From Nanobdellota archaeon (lineage in GTDB: Archaea; Nanobdellota; Nanobdellia; Woesearchaeales; CG1-02-33-12): 56,662 bases of DNA. Below are positions 16,288 through 24,484 of the stretch, one piece after another; within the stretch, counting starts at the first letter, position 1, and each line of letters opens with the position of its first letter. The DNA lies in the NCBI GenBank assembly GCA_018819345.1, contig JAHJQG010000040.1, forward strand, positions 1-56,662, in the 5' to 3' direction. The notes beneath the pieces are model-generated. The model had not been told where the DNA came from. It ran no database searches and worked only from the letters and a program-made list of their open reading frames with translations. A program made the position numbers and the translations under genes.

Positions 16288-16316
16288 TCACCTTTTGTCA
16301 CCTTTTGTCACCTTTA
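16287..16316. repeat. 3 x 10-nt tandem repeat (gtcacctttt) containing the stop codon of 16288-17691
   Basis: Read directly. The unit length is not a multiple of 3. Confidence 0.9.
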
Positions 16317-17691
16317 TAATATAATATCTCCCCCTACCAGTAACAGAGCCTTTTTGTACAACTACACCAAGTTTAACTAGTTGATTTAAATCACGTATAG
16401 CTGTTCTTTTACTACAACCTATGAGTTCAATGTACTGTTGTGTTGTTATTTTTTCTTCTCCTTCTATACCTCTATCAAAAAACTTCTTTTGTCTCTGGTT
16501 CAGCTTACTTTCATCCAGTACAGGAATTTTTTGTATTGCAGGATTAACAAACTTAATAACAAAAAAACCTTGTTTTTCTATGAATTCAGGATTTGGTAGA
16601 TTCCATTTCCTCATAGACTCCCTAATTCTCAAGAAGCCAGTTCCTCTTTTATCCATAACCCCTGATTTGCTTAGTACCTCAACCAAAACCTTATTCCTAC
16701 TCTTAGGAATATAATCATCTTTCATAATATCACTAATTTTAAGGGGTCTTAATAGTTCTCCAGGACTTATAATATCAATATGGCTATTAAACATTCTAAG
16801 TAAAATAGCATTAGAACTATGCCAGTCTCTATGCACTAAAGCATTGATTATAGCTTCTCTTAGTGCTTCAACTGGATATTCTGTTCTAAATTCTGTTTTA
16901 AAACCAATAACTTTAGCAGGTGTTCTCATATTTTTAAGCATGAATTCTTCTGTTAGTTTAATTATCTCAAATAAAGTTCCATGGATATCCTTTCTGTCTA
17001 ACCATTCTACCATAGAATCCCCAACATACCTGTCTGCTCTTATTTCACATTGTGTTATGTTTAAATGTGAGTTTTTGCCAAACAATAAAATACCTGCAAT
17101 TGTTGGTATTAGTCGATCATTTTCTTTAACAATAAAATGCTCCTTTAACATTAACTCACTCAAGTAACCATTGTTCAATTGTTTTGTTAACTCACTTTTT
17201 TTCAAATATTTTTTCACTTTTTCTAAATCCAAATCATCTAAACCAGCGTTTTCAACAGGAAAAACATCCTGTGACTTGCTTGATCCTTCCCTATACAATC
17301 TTGCGATTTCTTCCTTATTTGCAATAACATTAGAAGAGCCAATTCTTACTCTTGGTTTTGATTCACCTCTGACAAAATAAGGTGTATCTTTTCCTTTAGG
17401 GCAATGAACAACAATGAAATCCCTATTTTCATATTTTATAAATTCAATTTTTGGCTCTTCATCAAGCCGGCACCAATGCCTTATTATTTGGGTAAACCTA
17501 TGTTCTGCCTTCTGTGGCTCTTTGATGCCAAGGAGTTTTCTCCCTTTATCTTCCACACCAAGAATTATCTTGCCCCCTCTTGAATTATAAAAGGCAGTAA
17601 CTAACTGGGCAACTTTTTTAGATTCAGGCAACTCCAGCTTGAAATCCAAATCCTTATTTTCTTTTTCTTTTACAAATTTTTCCACATTCAT
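16288..17691 (-). CDS. Schlafen-like AlbA_2 + HATPase_c_4 + wHTH protein (COG2865-type), second paralog
   Basis: 467 aa. DFKLEL...AFYNSRGGKIILGVEDKGRKLLGI, REAIINALVHRDW and the C-terminal wHTH SKRTAIRDLNQLVKLGVV. Confidence 0.85.
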   Translation of the reverse strand: MNVEKFVKEKENKDLDFKLELPESKKVAQLVTAFYNSRGGKIILGVEDKGRKLLGIKEPQKAEHRFTQIIRHWCRLDEEPKIEFIKYENRDFIVVHCPKGKDTPYFVRGESKPRVRIGSSNVIANKEEIARLYREGSSKSQDVFPVENAGLDDLDLEKVKKYLKKSELTKQLNNGYLSELMLKEHFIVKENDRLIPTIAGILLFGKNSHLNITQCEIRADRYVGDSMVEWLDRKDIHGTLFEIIKLTEEFMLKNMRTPAKVIGFKTEFRTEYPVEALREAIINALVHRDWHSSNAILLRMFNSHIDIISPGELLRPLKISDIMKDDYIPKSRNKVLVEVLSKSGVMDKRGTGFLRIRESMRKWNLPNPEFIEKQGFFVIKFVNPAIQKIPVLDESKLNQRQKKFFDRGIEGEEKITTQQYIELIGCSKRTAIRDLNQLVKLGVVVQKGSVTGRGRYYIIKVTKGDKR

Positions 17692-17729
17692 TTTGAAGTT
17701 TGAACTGTTAAAGCCTATTGCCCTTAACT

Positions 17730-17816
17730 TATTTTTATGTTTTGCCTGATTTTTTCATTGGTTTTTTTAGAATTAGCGAATAAATTTCGGAAAAATAAGG
17801 CAATTAATCTTAAGAA
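17730..17816. repeat. intergenic repeat family R1, copy c (5'-truncated)
   Basis: Aligns with the distal two thirds of copies a and b. Fills the gap between the 17839 stop and the 17691 start. Confidence 0.75.
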
Positions 17817-17838
17817 TTAGAAAAAGCAAAATATCTTA

Positions 17839-18459
17839 TTAGCTGTATTCTACTATCTTTCTTATTTTAGCTGTTATTTTCATTTTCTTAAAAAGCTTCA
17901 TAAAAACAGTTGAATGCTTTGTTAGAACTATGATGCTTCCCTTACTTAATTTTTCACCACCATACTGATTCAGAAGCCCTTTATATTCTTTTTTCTCAGC
18001 CTTATACCCAAATAATCTTTTAAATAATAACACTCTTCTTGATTCAGGTTTTATCTTTTCCCATGAAAAGATGGTTTTGTGAACAGCATTTCCTGGTGTT
18101 GATTCATATTTCCCGTATAATAAAATGCCATTTGATATTATGCTGTTCTTTATATCCTTCCAGTTATCCAATCTTCCTGTAATAATTTTGATATCATTCT
18201 TTATTCCCTTTAATTCCCAGTAATTCCTGCATCTCATCGAACTGAAGAACATGCTCTTTATTTTTTCAGCAGACTTTTCAATATTCACATTATTCACAGT
18301 TTCTATAAATAAATCAACATCGCTGTTAGCATCAGCTTCTTCTCTAGCAACAGAGCCAAATAGGATTATTTTCTCAATCTTGCTTGTATCAACCCTTTCC
18401 AGAAAAAAGGATATAAAATCAATAGCATAGCTTAATAGTCTTTTAGTCAAGATCAACAC
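17839..18459 (-). CDS. MNT-type nucleotidyltransferase with the same ~95-aa C-terminal extension as 12641-13258
   Basis: 206 aa. LFGSVAREEADANSDVDLFIE...LLYGKYE, then RRVLLFKRLFGYK... parallel to RLRVWRRLYGYK... Confidence 0.7.
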   Translation of the reverse strand: MLILTKRLLSYAIDFISFFLERVDTSKIEKIILFGSVAREEADANSDVDLFIETVNNVNIEKSAEKIKSMFFSSMRCRNYWELKGIKNDIKIITGRLDNWKDIKNSIISNGILLYGKYESTPGNAVHKTIFSWEKIKPESRRVLLFKRLFGYKAEKKEYKGLLNQYGGEKLSKGSIIVLTKHSTVFMKLFKKMKITAKIRKIVEYS

Positions 18460-18841
18460 CCTTATCCTTAAATATTTTCTTTAGCTCATTGAACTTGTTT
18501 ATTATCTCCTTAATAAAATTCTCTGACTTTGGTGTTCCGTAACAAAGAGGGTCTCTGCTCTCCTCAATAAAGGTCATCAATTTTAAGATTCTTTCTTTGT
18601 CTTTAAAATCAAAAGGAAACTTCTCCTTTATTTTATTCTTTGATTTGAACCATTCGTGTTTAACTATAAATCCCGGATCCACTATTTTATTCTTATGCAG
18701 AAGAATTTCAAACATATCAGCAGAAGCTGCAGAAATGCTAAAGCCTATTGTTCTTTGTCTCTTTGTAATATCTTTTGTTATACTCTCGTCTATTACTTCT
18801 ATGCTTTCTTTCAGTCTTTCCAGATGTTTTTCTATATTCAT
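18443..18841 (-). CDS. HEPN-like (PF05168-type, non-RxxxxH) four-helix protein, partner of the NTase
   Basis: 132 aa. ISAASADMFEILLHKNKIV..KHEWF...SRDPLCYG. Overlaps the NTase start by 17 nt. Confidence 0.55.
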   Translation of the reverse strand: MNIEKHLERLKESIEVIDESITKDITKRQRTIGFSISAASADMFEILLHKNKIVDPGFIVKHEWFKSKNKIKEKFPFDFKDKERILKLMTFIEESRDPLCYGTPKSENFIKEIINKFNELKKIFKDKGVDLD

Positions 18842-18842
18842 A

Positions 18843-18950
18843 GTTACAAACGTAACCTCCTTATTGGTACAATTGTAACTAATAATAATTATTAAATATA
18901 TATAAATGTTTTGGTTACAAACGTAACTATAATATAGTTACAAACGTAAC
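18843..18950 (-). promoter_or_regulatory. promoter core aaaacatttatata (18899-18912) bracketed by GTTAC-N4-GTAAC palindromes
   Basis: Exact gttacaaacgtaac at 18843-18856, 18914-18927 and 18937-18950. Degenerate ggtacaattgtaac at 18866-18879. Start-to-start spacing within each pair is 23 bp. Confidence 0.55.
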
Positions 18951-19023
18951 CAGAAAATATCTGTTGAGTGGATAATACATCAAATTAAATTCAAGAATAC
19001 CCAAAAAAATTAACAAAAAAACA

Positions 19024-20118
19024 CTAATCCTTTCCCATTGAATCAAGAAGATTAACAGACCAGAGCATGGCCTCATCAGCATAGTAAAACATTGTTTTAT
19101 AGGGAGTGCCATCTGGGTTAAAGAGCTCAAGATAATTCCCATACTTTTCAACATTTCTAACATACTGGCCAATGTATTCCCTTGCCTTTTCCTTATCAAT
19201 CTTTTTAACAACATCAATAAAGCACTGGCCAAGATTTGTCCAGATAGTATTGCCCTCATAATTAGGAACTAAAATACTATACAAGAGCAAATAATTTCCA
19301 ACCTGCTCTTTTGTATATTTCAAAGGAAATGGCTTGTCTAGACCATCCCTTTGTATTGACTCAAATGATAATTTAATCATTTTCTTTGAATCAAACAATC
19401 CGGTCCAGTAGGGAAAAACATTTGCATCTCCTGCTATATAATCAAGACCAGATAAATCATCCAGAAAATAATTTCCTGTCCAGAAATTATCTTTTATTAT
19501 TTTTTTGAAATTATAGCTTTTGAAAGGATTATACAAGCCAAAATAATCAATGTCATTGTTTAGCATAGCAATCATTGAATTATTATAAACAGAAGAGCTT
19601 CTTAATGCATTATCTTTCATTGAGGAAAAATAAGCATTCTTTTTTATCAATCCAGTATCAGTGTTAAATGATTTAAAAAAAGCCTTTCTTATTTCTTTTT
19701 CTAAAAAAAACCTATGCTTGAACAAGAGCTCTTTTGCATCAGCTAATCTTATTGAATGGATGAGATAAGCAACTGACTCTGGAGTATAATATGGAAAGTC
19801 AAAAACAGAACCATGATAGATTGTAGTAGTTACCTTATTACTCCTTGAATAAGTATCTAATGCAAATTCAAGTGTTTTAACAACTTTATCCCTATAACCA
19901 AGATTCAATAATGCCTGCACACTTATTCCAAAATCCCTTATATAAAAACAGGAAAAATGTCCAGCACTTGCCTGAAAAAACCTCTTGTTCCAGCAGTCAT
20001 TAATTGCTTGCCTTAATATCTGCTTTGTATTTCCATTATATTTTCTTATGCCCCCTAACCTAACCTTAACAGACCTCTTAAAAACACCAAGCCCTTTTTT
20101 CAGGAGGATAAGTTTCAT
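19024..20118 (-). CDS. (alpha/alpha)6-barrel glycoside-hydrolase-like protein (GH63/GH15-like)
   Basis: 364 aa. FYIRDFGISVQALLNLGY and aromatic-rich repeats. Family-level guess only. Confidence 0.45.
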   Translation of the reverse strand: MKLILLKKGLGVFKRSVKVRLGGIRKYNGNTKQILRQAINDCWNKRFFQASAGHFSCFYIRDFGISVQALLNLGYRDKVVKTLEFALDTYSRSNKVTTTIYHGSVFDFPYYTPESVAYLIHSIRLADAKELLFKHRFFLEKEIRKAFFKSFNTDTGLIKKNAYFSSMKDNALRSSSVYNNSMIAMLNNDIDYFGLYNPFKSYNFKKIIKDNFWTGNYFLDDLSGLDYIAGDANVFPYWTGLFDSKKMIKLSFESIQRDGLDKPFPLKYTKEQVGNYLLLYSILVPNYEGNTIWTNLGQCFIDVVKKIDKEKAREYIGQYVRNVEKYGNYLELFNPDGTPYKTMFYYADEAMLWSVNLLDSMGKD

Positions 20119-20171
20119 TTTTTTTAGATTATTATTTATTTAAGTGATTATTTTTTTAATACTGCTAATTT

Positions 20172-21170
20172 TTATTTATTGTTCCCTGCTATATTCTTAA
20201 ATTTAATCTTGTGCAAGGCAAGGTATGACAACCCCAAAAATACCCATATCATGTCCCTGCCCCTGATAATAATACTAAGTGCAAGTCCTATACCTTTGCT
20301 TACTCTCAGGATAGCAGATGCAGATGACTGTCCAAATTCCAAAGCACCGAGAGCAGCAGGCACTGGAATTATGTAGGCAAGGCCAACAAGAGACAGCACT
20401 ATGAAGATAGCTACAAATGATGCATTATAGCCCAATAAAAGCAATGCCAGCTTATATTCAAAAAACATCAAAATCCATACCAAAAGAAAAACAAGCGAGG
20501 TATCCCTGAATCCTTTTTTGTTGTACTTAAAAAAGTAAATCAAATGCAATTCCATGCCCTTGATGTCTTTTTCATATTTTTTAGTAAGCTTCCATTTATT
20601 AAGCCTGAGCAGCCTGAAGCATGTTGTAAAAAACCCCTTTTCTGTTATGGTTAAATGATAAAAAGAATATATTGCAGCAGCCATTGCAAAAAAGCTCAAA
20701 ACCATAAGGGTTGCTGTTCTTTCTGAGACAGTGAAATTAGCTAAAATAATAAGTATGGTTATGCATGCAAAAAATCCATTGAGACTTAAGTCAAGTGATT
20801 TATCAATAACAACAGAGGATAATGCTTTTTTAAATGGAATATTATGGTTGGTTTTAAGCAGGTATGCCCTTACAGGCTCGCCACCCATATGAGCAGCAGG
20901 GGTTACATAACTCACTCCAAAACCAGCCAGTTTATATATAAAAAGTTTTGGAAAAGGTATTTTGCAACCCTGGGATTTTAAAATTATGCTCCACTTGAGC
21001 GTATGCAGAAGCATCATTATTATTGATACTATTATAAACAATATAAGCTTGTCAAAAGAGAAATAGCTGAAAGCCTTTAATATTTCCTCAACCTTAATAT
21101 ACCAAAAAAGGAATATTACTATAATAATTCCGATTATTGCAGATAATAATTCTGATTTTATTTTTCTCAT
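20172..21170 (-). CDS. flippase-like membrane protein (LPG_synthase_TM / UPF0104 family)
   Basis: Multi-TM with the C-terminal motif IPVPAALGALEFGQ. The start was moved to MRKIKSE (ATG 21170) because the ORF-track start at 21200 runs into the tRNA-Arg 3' exon. Confidence 0.65.
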   Translation of the reverse strand: MRKIKSELLSAIIGIIIVIFLFWYIKVEEILKAFSYFSFDKLILFIIVSIIMMLLHTLKWSIILKSQGCKIPFPKLFIYKLAGFGVSYVTPAAHMGGEPVRAYLLKTNHNIPFKKALSSVVIDKSLDLSLNGFFACITILIILANFTVSERTATLMVLSFFAMAAAIYSFYHLTITEKGFFTTCFRLLRLNKWKLTKKYEKDIKGMELHLIYFFKYNKKGFRDTSLVFLLVWILMFFEYKLALLLLGYNASFVAIFIVLSLVGLAYIIPVPAALGALEFGQSSASAILRVSKGIGLALSIIIRGRDMIWVFLGLSYLALHKIKFKNIAGNNK

Positions 21171-21179
21171 TTTAAAAAA

Positions 21180-21344
21180 CGAGCCTGCCGGGACTTTCAC
21201 AATGGTTGCGAGCGAAGCGAGCTAAGGGGGTTTGGCTTTTAAGCCAAACCCTCTGTTGCGTATCAAATGCGCGTAACCATTTGTTCGAACCCGGGATCTA
21301 CAGCTTAGGAGGCTGTCACCCTATCCAGACTAGGCTACAGGCTC
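21180..21344 (-). tRNA. tRNA-Arg(CCU) with a 90-nt intron in the T-loop (between positions 59 and 60)
   Basis: Exon 1 is 21284-21344 (GAGCCUG-UA-GCCU..GGGU-G-ACAGC-CUCCUAA-GCUGU-AGAUC-CCGGG-UUCGAA). The intron is 21194-21283. Exon 2 is 21180-21193 (U-CCCGG-CAGGCUC-G), followed by T6. Acceptor and T stems are perfect, and a BHB spans both junctions. Confidence 0.85.
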
Positions 21345-21379
21345 ATAAGCCAGGAAAAATATGAAGCTTTATTAATGTT

Positions 21380-22450
21380 TTGTGTTTTTATACTTGCATG
21401 TATGTAATAAAACAGGTTCCAGAAGATTTTATAGTAAAAGAGGTAAATGATATTGAATTAAAGGAAAATGGGAATTACAGTTATTTTATTCTTAAAAAAA
21501 AGAACTACACAACAGAAAAAGCTGTTTCAACTATTACACATTACCTAAAAATAGATAGAAGGAAAATAGGATATGCTGGCTCAAAGGACAAAAATGCTAT
21601 AACAGAGCAGATGATTTCTATACAATGGTTTAACAAAACAAAGGATATTGAATTAAAAGACATTGAGCTTATTTACAAAGGCATGGGTAATGAAAGACTT
21701 AGTTTAGGTGATTTAAAGGAAAATAAATTCACTATAACAGTAAGAAACCTAAACAAAGAAGAAATTAAAATCAATTCAGATGTTCTCTCAGTCCCAAATT
21801 ATTTTGATGAGCAGAGGTTCAGCAAAAACAATTATTTAATAGGAAAATCAATACTGAAAAAGGACTTCAAGAAAGCAGTTGGTTTGATTTTAGAAGATTC
21901 TTCTGAAAAAACATCTTGTTTTGAAGAAGATGTAAAAGAGCATATTTCAAAATCACCCAATGACTTTGTTGGCGCAATAAAAAAAGTTCCAAAGAAAATA
22001 AGAATGATGTATGTCCATGCTTTCCAAAGTTTAATATTCAACAAAACAGTTTCTGAGTTAATAATGTCAGAAACAGAAGATTACAAGGAAGTTAATTATT
22101 CACAAGGGATTTTTGTTTTTCCAAATAAAGACCTAAATAACATCAAAATACCAATAGTTGGTTTTGGAACTGAATTCAAAGACAATAAATTAAAGGAAAT
22201 CTCATTGAAACTTCTTAAAGAGGAAGGAATAACTTTAAGGGACTTCATTGTAAGAGGGATGCCAGAACTTGCCTCAGAGGGAGATGAAAGAAATATGTTT
22301 GTAAAAGCAGAAAAATTAAACATAAAAACAGAAGATGATGAGCTAAACAAAAACAAAAAGAAATGCATTATATCATTCACGCTTCCAAAAGGCTCTTATG
22401 CAACAATAATTATTAAGAAAATTTTTAGTTATACACCCAAAACCAAATAA
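21380..22450 (+). CDS. truD: tRNA pseudouridine synthase TruD/Pus7
   Basis: 356 aa. PEDFIVKE, GYAGSKDKNAITEQ. The start may instead be the Met at 21398. Confidence 0.85.
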   Translation: MCFYTCMYVIKQVPEDFIVKEVNDIELKENGNYSYFILKKKNYTTEKAVSTITHYLKIDRRKIGYAGSKDKNAITEQMISIQWFNKTKDIELKDIELIYKGMGNERLSLGDLKENKFTITVRNLNKEEIKINSDVLSVPNYFDEQRFSKNNYLIGKSILKKDFKKAVGLILEDSSEKTSCFEEDVKEHISKSPNDFVGAIKKVPKKIRMMYVHAFQSLIFNKTVSELIMSETEDYKEVNYSQGIFVFPNKDLNNIKIPIVGFGTEFKDNKLKEISLKLLKEEGITLRDFIVRGMPELASEGDERNMFVKAEKLNIKTEDDELNKNKKKCIISFTLPKGSYATIIIKKIFSYTPKTK

Positions 22451-22508
22451 GAGTACAACTTGTTCATTAAAAGAAAGCTTTATATTTAGGCTAGTTTTTC
22501 AATATTGC

Positions 22509-23105
22509 ATGATTAAAGCAATAATTTTTGATTATGGCGGAGTATTGTCTGTTGAAGGCAGTCTTAGTTCTTTTGGTGAAATATATGCACCTAAATTAGG
22601 GGTAGATCCTGAAGAATTAAAAAGAGTGATTATTGATAATTGGTTCAAAGCAAGAATAAGCAAGATGGATTCAAAATTGTTCTGGCTAAATATTTCTAAA
22701 TTCCTGGAAATAGACCAGAAAATCCTTAGAAAAGATTTACTGGAATTTTCCGGATTTAATCATGAAGTTTTAGACCTGATTAAAAAATTAAAAAAGAACT
22801 ATAAAGTAGGCTTGCTATCCAACCAAATAGAAGACTGGTTAGAAGAGATTATTGCTGAACATAAACTAAATGAGGTTTTTGATGTAATTACAACATCATA
22901 TAAATCAAAAATAGCAAAACCAGATATTTCTATTTTCAAAGAAATAGTTGAACAATTAGGTGTTAATCCAACTGAATGCATTTATATAGATGATTTGGAA
23001 AAAAACATTCAACCTGCAAAGGAATTAGGAATGAAGATGATTTTATTTAAAAATTTTGAACAATTAAAAAAAGAACTTATTTCTTTTTCAATAAAAATAG
23101 ACTAA
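22509..23105 (+). CDS. HAD-superfamily hydrolase, subfamily IA
   Basis: 198 aa. IIFDYGGVL motif I, LLSN, KPD and DD motifs. Confidence 0.8.
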   Translation: MIKAIIFDYGGVLSVEGSLSSFGEIYAPKLGVDPEELKRVIIDNWFKARISKMDSKLFWLNISKFLEIDQKILRKDLLEFSGFNHEVLDLIKKLKKNYKVGLLSNQIEDWLEEIIAEHKLNEVFDVITTSYKSKIAKPDISIFKEIVEQLGVNPTECIYIDDLEKNIQPAKELGMKMILFKNFEQLKKELISFSIKID

Positions 23106-23112
23106 CCAGATT

Positions 23113-23760
23113 TTATTCATCCAATGCCTTTCTGGCATCAGCTATTATCTCATCAACCTGCTCAAAAGGCCTGTTAGCATCAATATCTGCAAGAAGGCCT
23201 TTTTCTTTGTAATATTCTATTAAAGGTTCTGTCTGTTTTTTGTAAACATCAAGCCTTTTTTTAATTGAGTCCGGCTTGTCGTCATCCCTCTGGATAAGTT
23301 TTCCATTACATTCATCACAAACACCCTCTGTTTTTGGAGGAATATTCTTAATATGGAATATAGCTCCACATTCAATGCAAACCCTTCTGCCAGACAACCT
23401 GCTAATTATTATCTCTTCTGAAGCTGTGAAATTCAGCACCTTATCAATAACAACTATATTAGAAAGTGCATCTGCCTGTGCTATTGTCCTTGGAAAGCCA
23501 TCAAACATAAAGCCGTTTTTGCAGTCATCCTGCTTTAGCCTTTGCTCAACAATTTTTATTGTGACATCATCGGGCACAAGATTGCCCTTATCATAATATG
23601 TTTTGGCAAGCAAGCCAATCTCTGTTTTGTTCTTAATAGCTTCCCTGAACATATCTCCTGTTGAAATCTGTGGAATATTATATATTTTTGATATTCTCTC
23701 TGCATAAGTTCCCTTGCCAACACCTGGTGAGCCCAATAACACAATATTCATCTTAACCAA
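23113..23760 (-). CDS. adk: adenylate kinase, long form with a Cys4 zinc lid
   Basis: 215 aa. GSPGVGKGT; lid C.EC...C.EC. Confidence 0.9.
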   Translation of the reverse strand: MVKMNIVLLGSPGVGKGTYAERISKIYNIPQISTGDMFREAIKNKTEIGLLAKTYYDKGNLVPDDVTIKIVEQRLKQDDCKNGFMFDGFPRTIAQADALSNIVVIDKVLNFTASEEIIISRLSGRRVCIECGAIFHIKNIPPKTEGVCDECNGKLIQRDDDKPDSIKKRLDVYKKQTEPLIEYYKEKGLLADIDANRPFEQVDEIIADARKALDE

Positions 23761-24217
23761 AATACCTCGCTTTGTATTCTTTTGTTGATTCTTTTTCCCA
23801 AAAATTCTTTATCTTTTTAATAAAACCGGTTGTCTCAATTCTTATTTTGTTCCATGAGCTAAAAAAATTATTAATAAAATCAGCATCATTTTTCTCATCA
23901 GGATTTACTGAAAGCTCTAATGCTAATTTTTCAAGCACTTTAATCCTTTTGTACAATTCAAATATCTTTTTTCTTTCATCATCATCAAATGCCTTATACT
24001 CATAAATGTTTGCTATGCTGTTGTCAGGGCTTAACAAATCCTCTAAGAACTCACACATTGCATTTATTTTATCAGCTATCTTTTTCCTTATTTTTCTAAG
24101 CAAGAATTCTTCACACTCTATAGTTGATATCTCAAACTCATGGTTTAGTTCATTAAAATCAGGAAGAGTATGCTTCGCTTTCAGTTCATCATATTTCCTC
24201 TTTATTTTTTGTTCCAT
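23753..24217 (-). CDS. hypothetical protein
   Basis: 154 aa, helical and charged, with no motif I recognise. Overlaps the adk start by 8 nt. Confidence 0.45.
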   Translation of the reverse strand: MEQKIKRKYDELKAKHTLPDFNELNHEFEISTIECEEFLLRKIRKKIADKINAMCEFLEDLLSPDNSIANIYEYKAFDDDERKKIFELYKRIKVLEKLALELSVNPDEKNDADFINNFFSSWNKIRIETTGFIKKIKNFWEKESTKEYKARYFG

Positions 24218-24230
24218 TTTTAAAAGTAAA

Positions 24231-24303
24231 AGCCTCGGAGGGGAGTCGAACCCCCGACCTGCGGATTACAAGTCCGCCGCTATAGCCACTAAGCCACCGA
24301 GGC
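24231..24303 (-). tRNA. tRNA-Thr(UGU)
   Basis: GCCUCGG..GCGGA-CUUGUAA-UCCGC..GGGGG-UUCGACU-CCCCU-CCGAGGC-U. 73 nt, perfect acceptor stem, TATA-like ctatatatat about 30 nt upstream. Confidence 0.9.
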
Positions 24304-24371
24304 ATAAAACCTAGTGGTAAGCTGATAATATATATAGTTTTCTGTTAAAATCAAGGAAAATTTTATATCAT

Positions 24372-24463
24372 AAAAATCCACAGTGGATTTTTAGGACACA
24401 AGGAAAACTTAGTTTTCCAGTGTGCCAAAAATGCAGAGCATTTTTGAGCATGCCAGAAATGCT
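24372..24463. other. four tandem A-run/hairpin/T-run stem-loops in a divergent intergenic region (possible small RNA or bidirectional terminator stack)
   Basis: aaaaatccac-a-gtggattttt (24372-24392), ggaaaac-tta-gttttcc (24402-24418), aaaaatgc-aga-gcattttt (24426-24444) and gagcat-gccagaa-atgctc (24445-24463). Confidence 0.4.
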
Positions 24464-24484
24464 CATCATTATACTAAAGTATGC

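Noticed and set aside
10626-17816. Interpretation of the R1/R2/R3 repeats as integron attC sites, making the island an archaeal integron cassette array
   Set aside because: No tyrosine recombinase or attI is visible in the window. I could not find paired R'' (RYYYAAC) and R' (GTTRRRY) cores at the repeat ends; only an isolated ACTTAAC occurs in R3. One module lies on the opposite strand. The idea is kept as a hypothesis to test, not as a call.
20172-21200. ORF-track start (MKVPAGSFFKM...) of the flippase-like gene
   Set aside because: Its first 10 codons overlap the tRNA-Arg 3' exon and T-run. The internal Met at 21170 was chosen instead.
21194-21283. Functional RNA (for example a C/D sRNA) or homing-endonuclease ORF encoded in the tRNA-Arg intron
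   Set aside because: Ninety nucleotides is too short for an ORF, and no C or D boxes are present. Only a 9-bp hairpin stands out, and it may simply stabilise the BHB.
8600-21344. An integrated provirus or plasmid bounded by tRNA-Arg
   Set aside because: No integrase, capsid, terminase or replication genes are present, and no direct repeat of the tRNA 3' end was found at the other side. The region looks like a defence/TA island rather than a discrete integrated element.
24006-24314. 102-aa plus-strand ORF from the track
   Set aside because: It runs antisense through the 154-aa gene and tRNA-Thr(UGU). It is a shadow ORF typical of AT-rich DNA.
24461-24468. C/D-box sRNA suggested by AUGAUGA on the minus strand
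   Set aside because: No CUGA D box, C'/D' pair or terminal stem occurs at a suitable distance.
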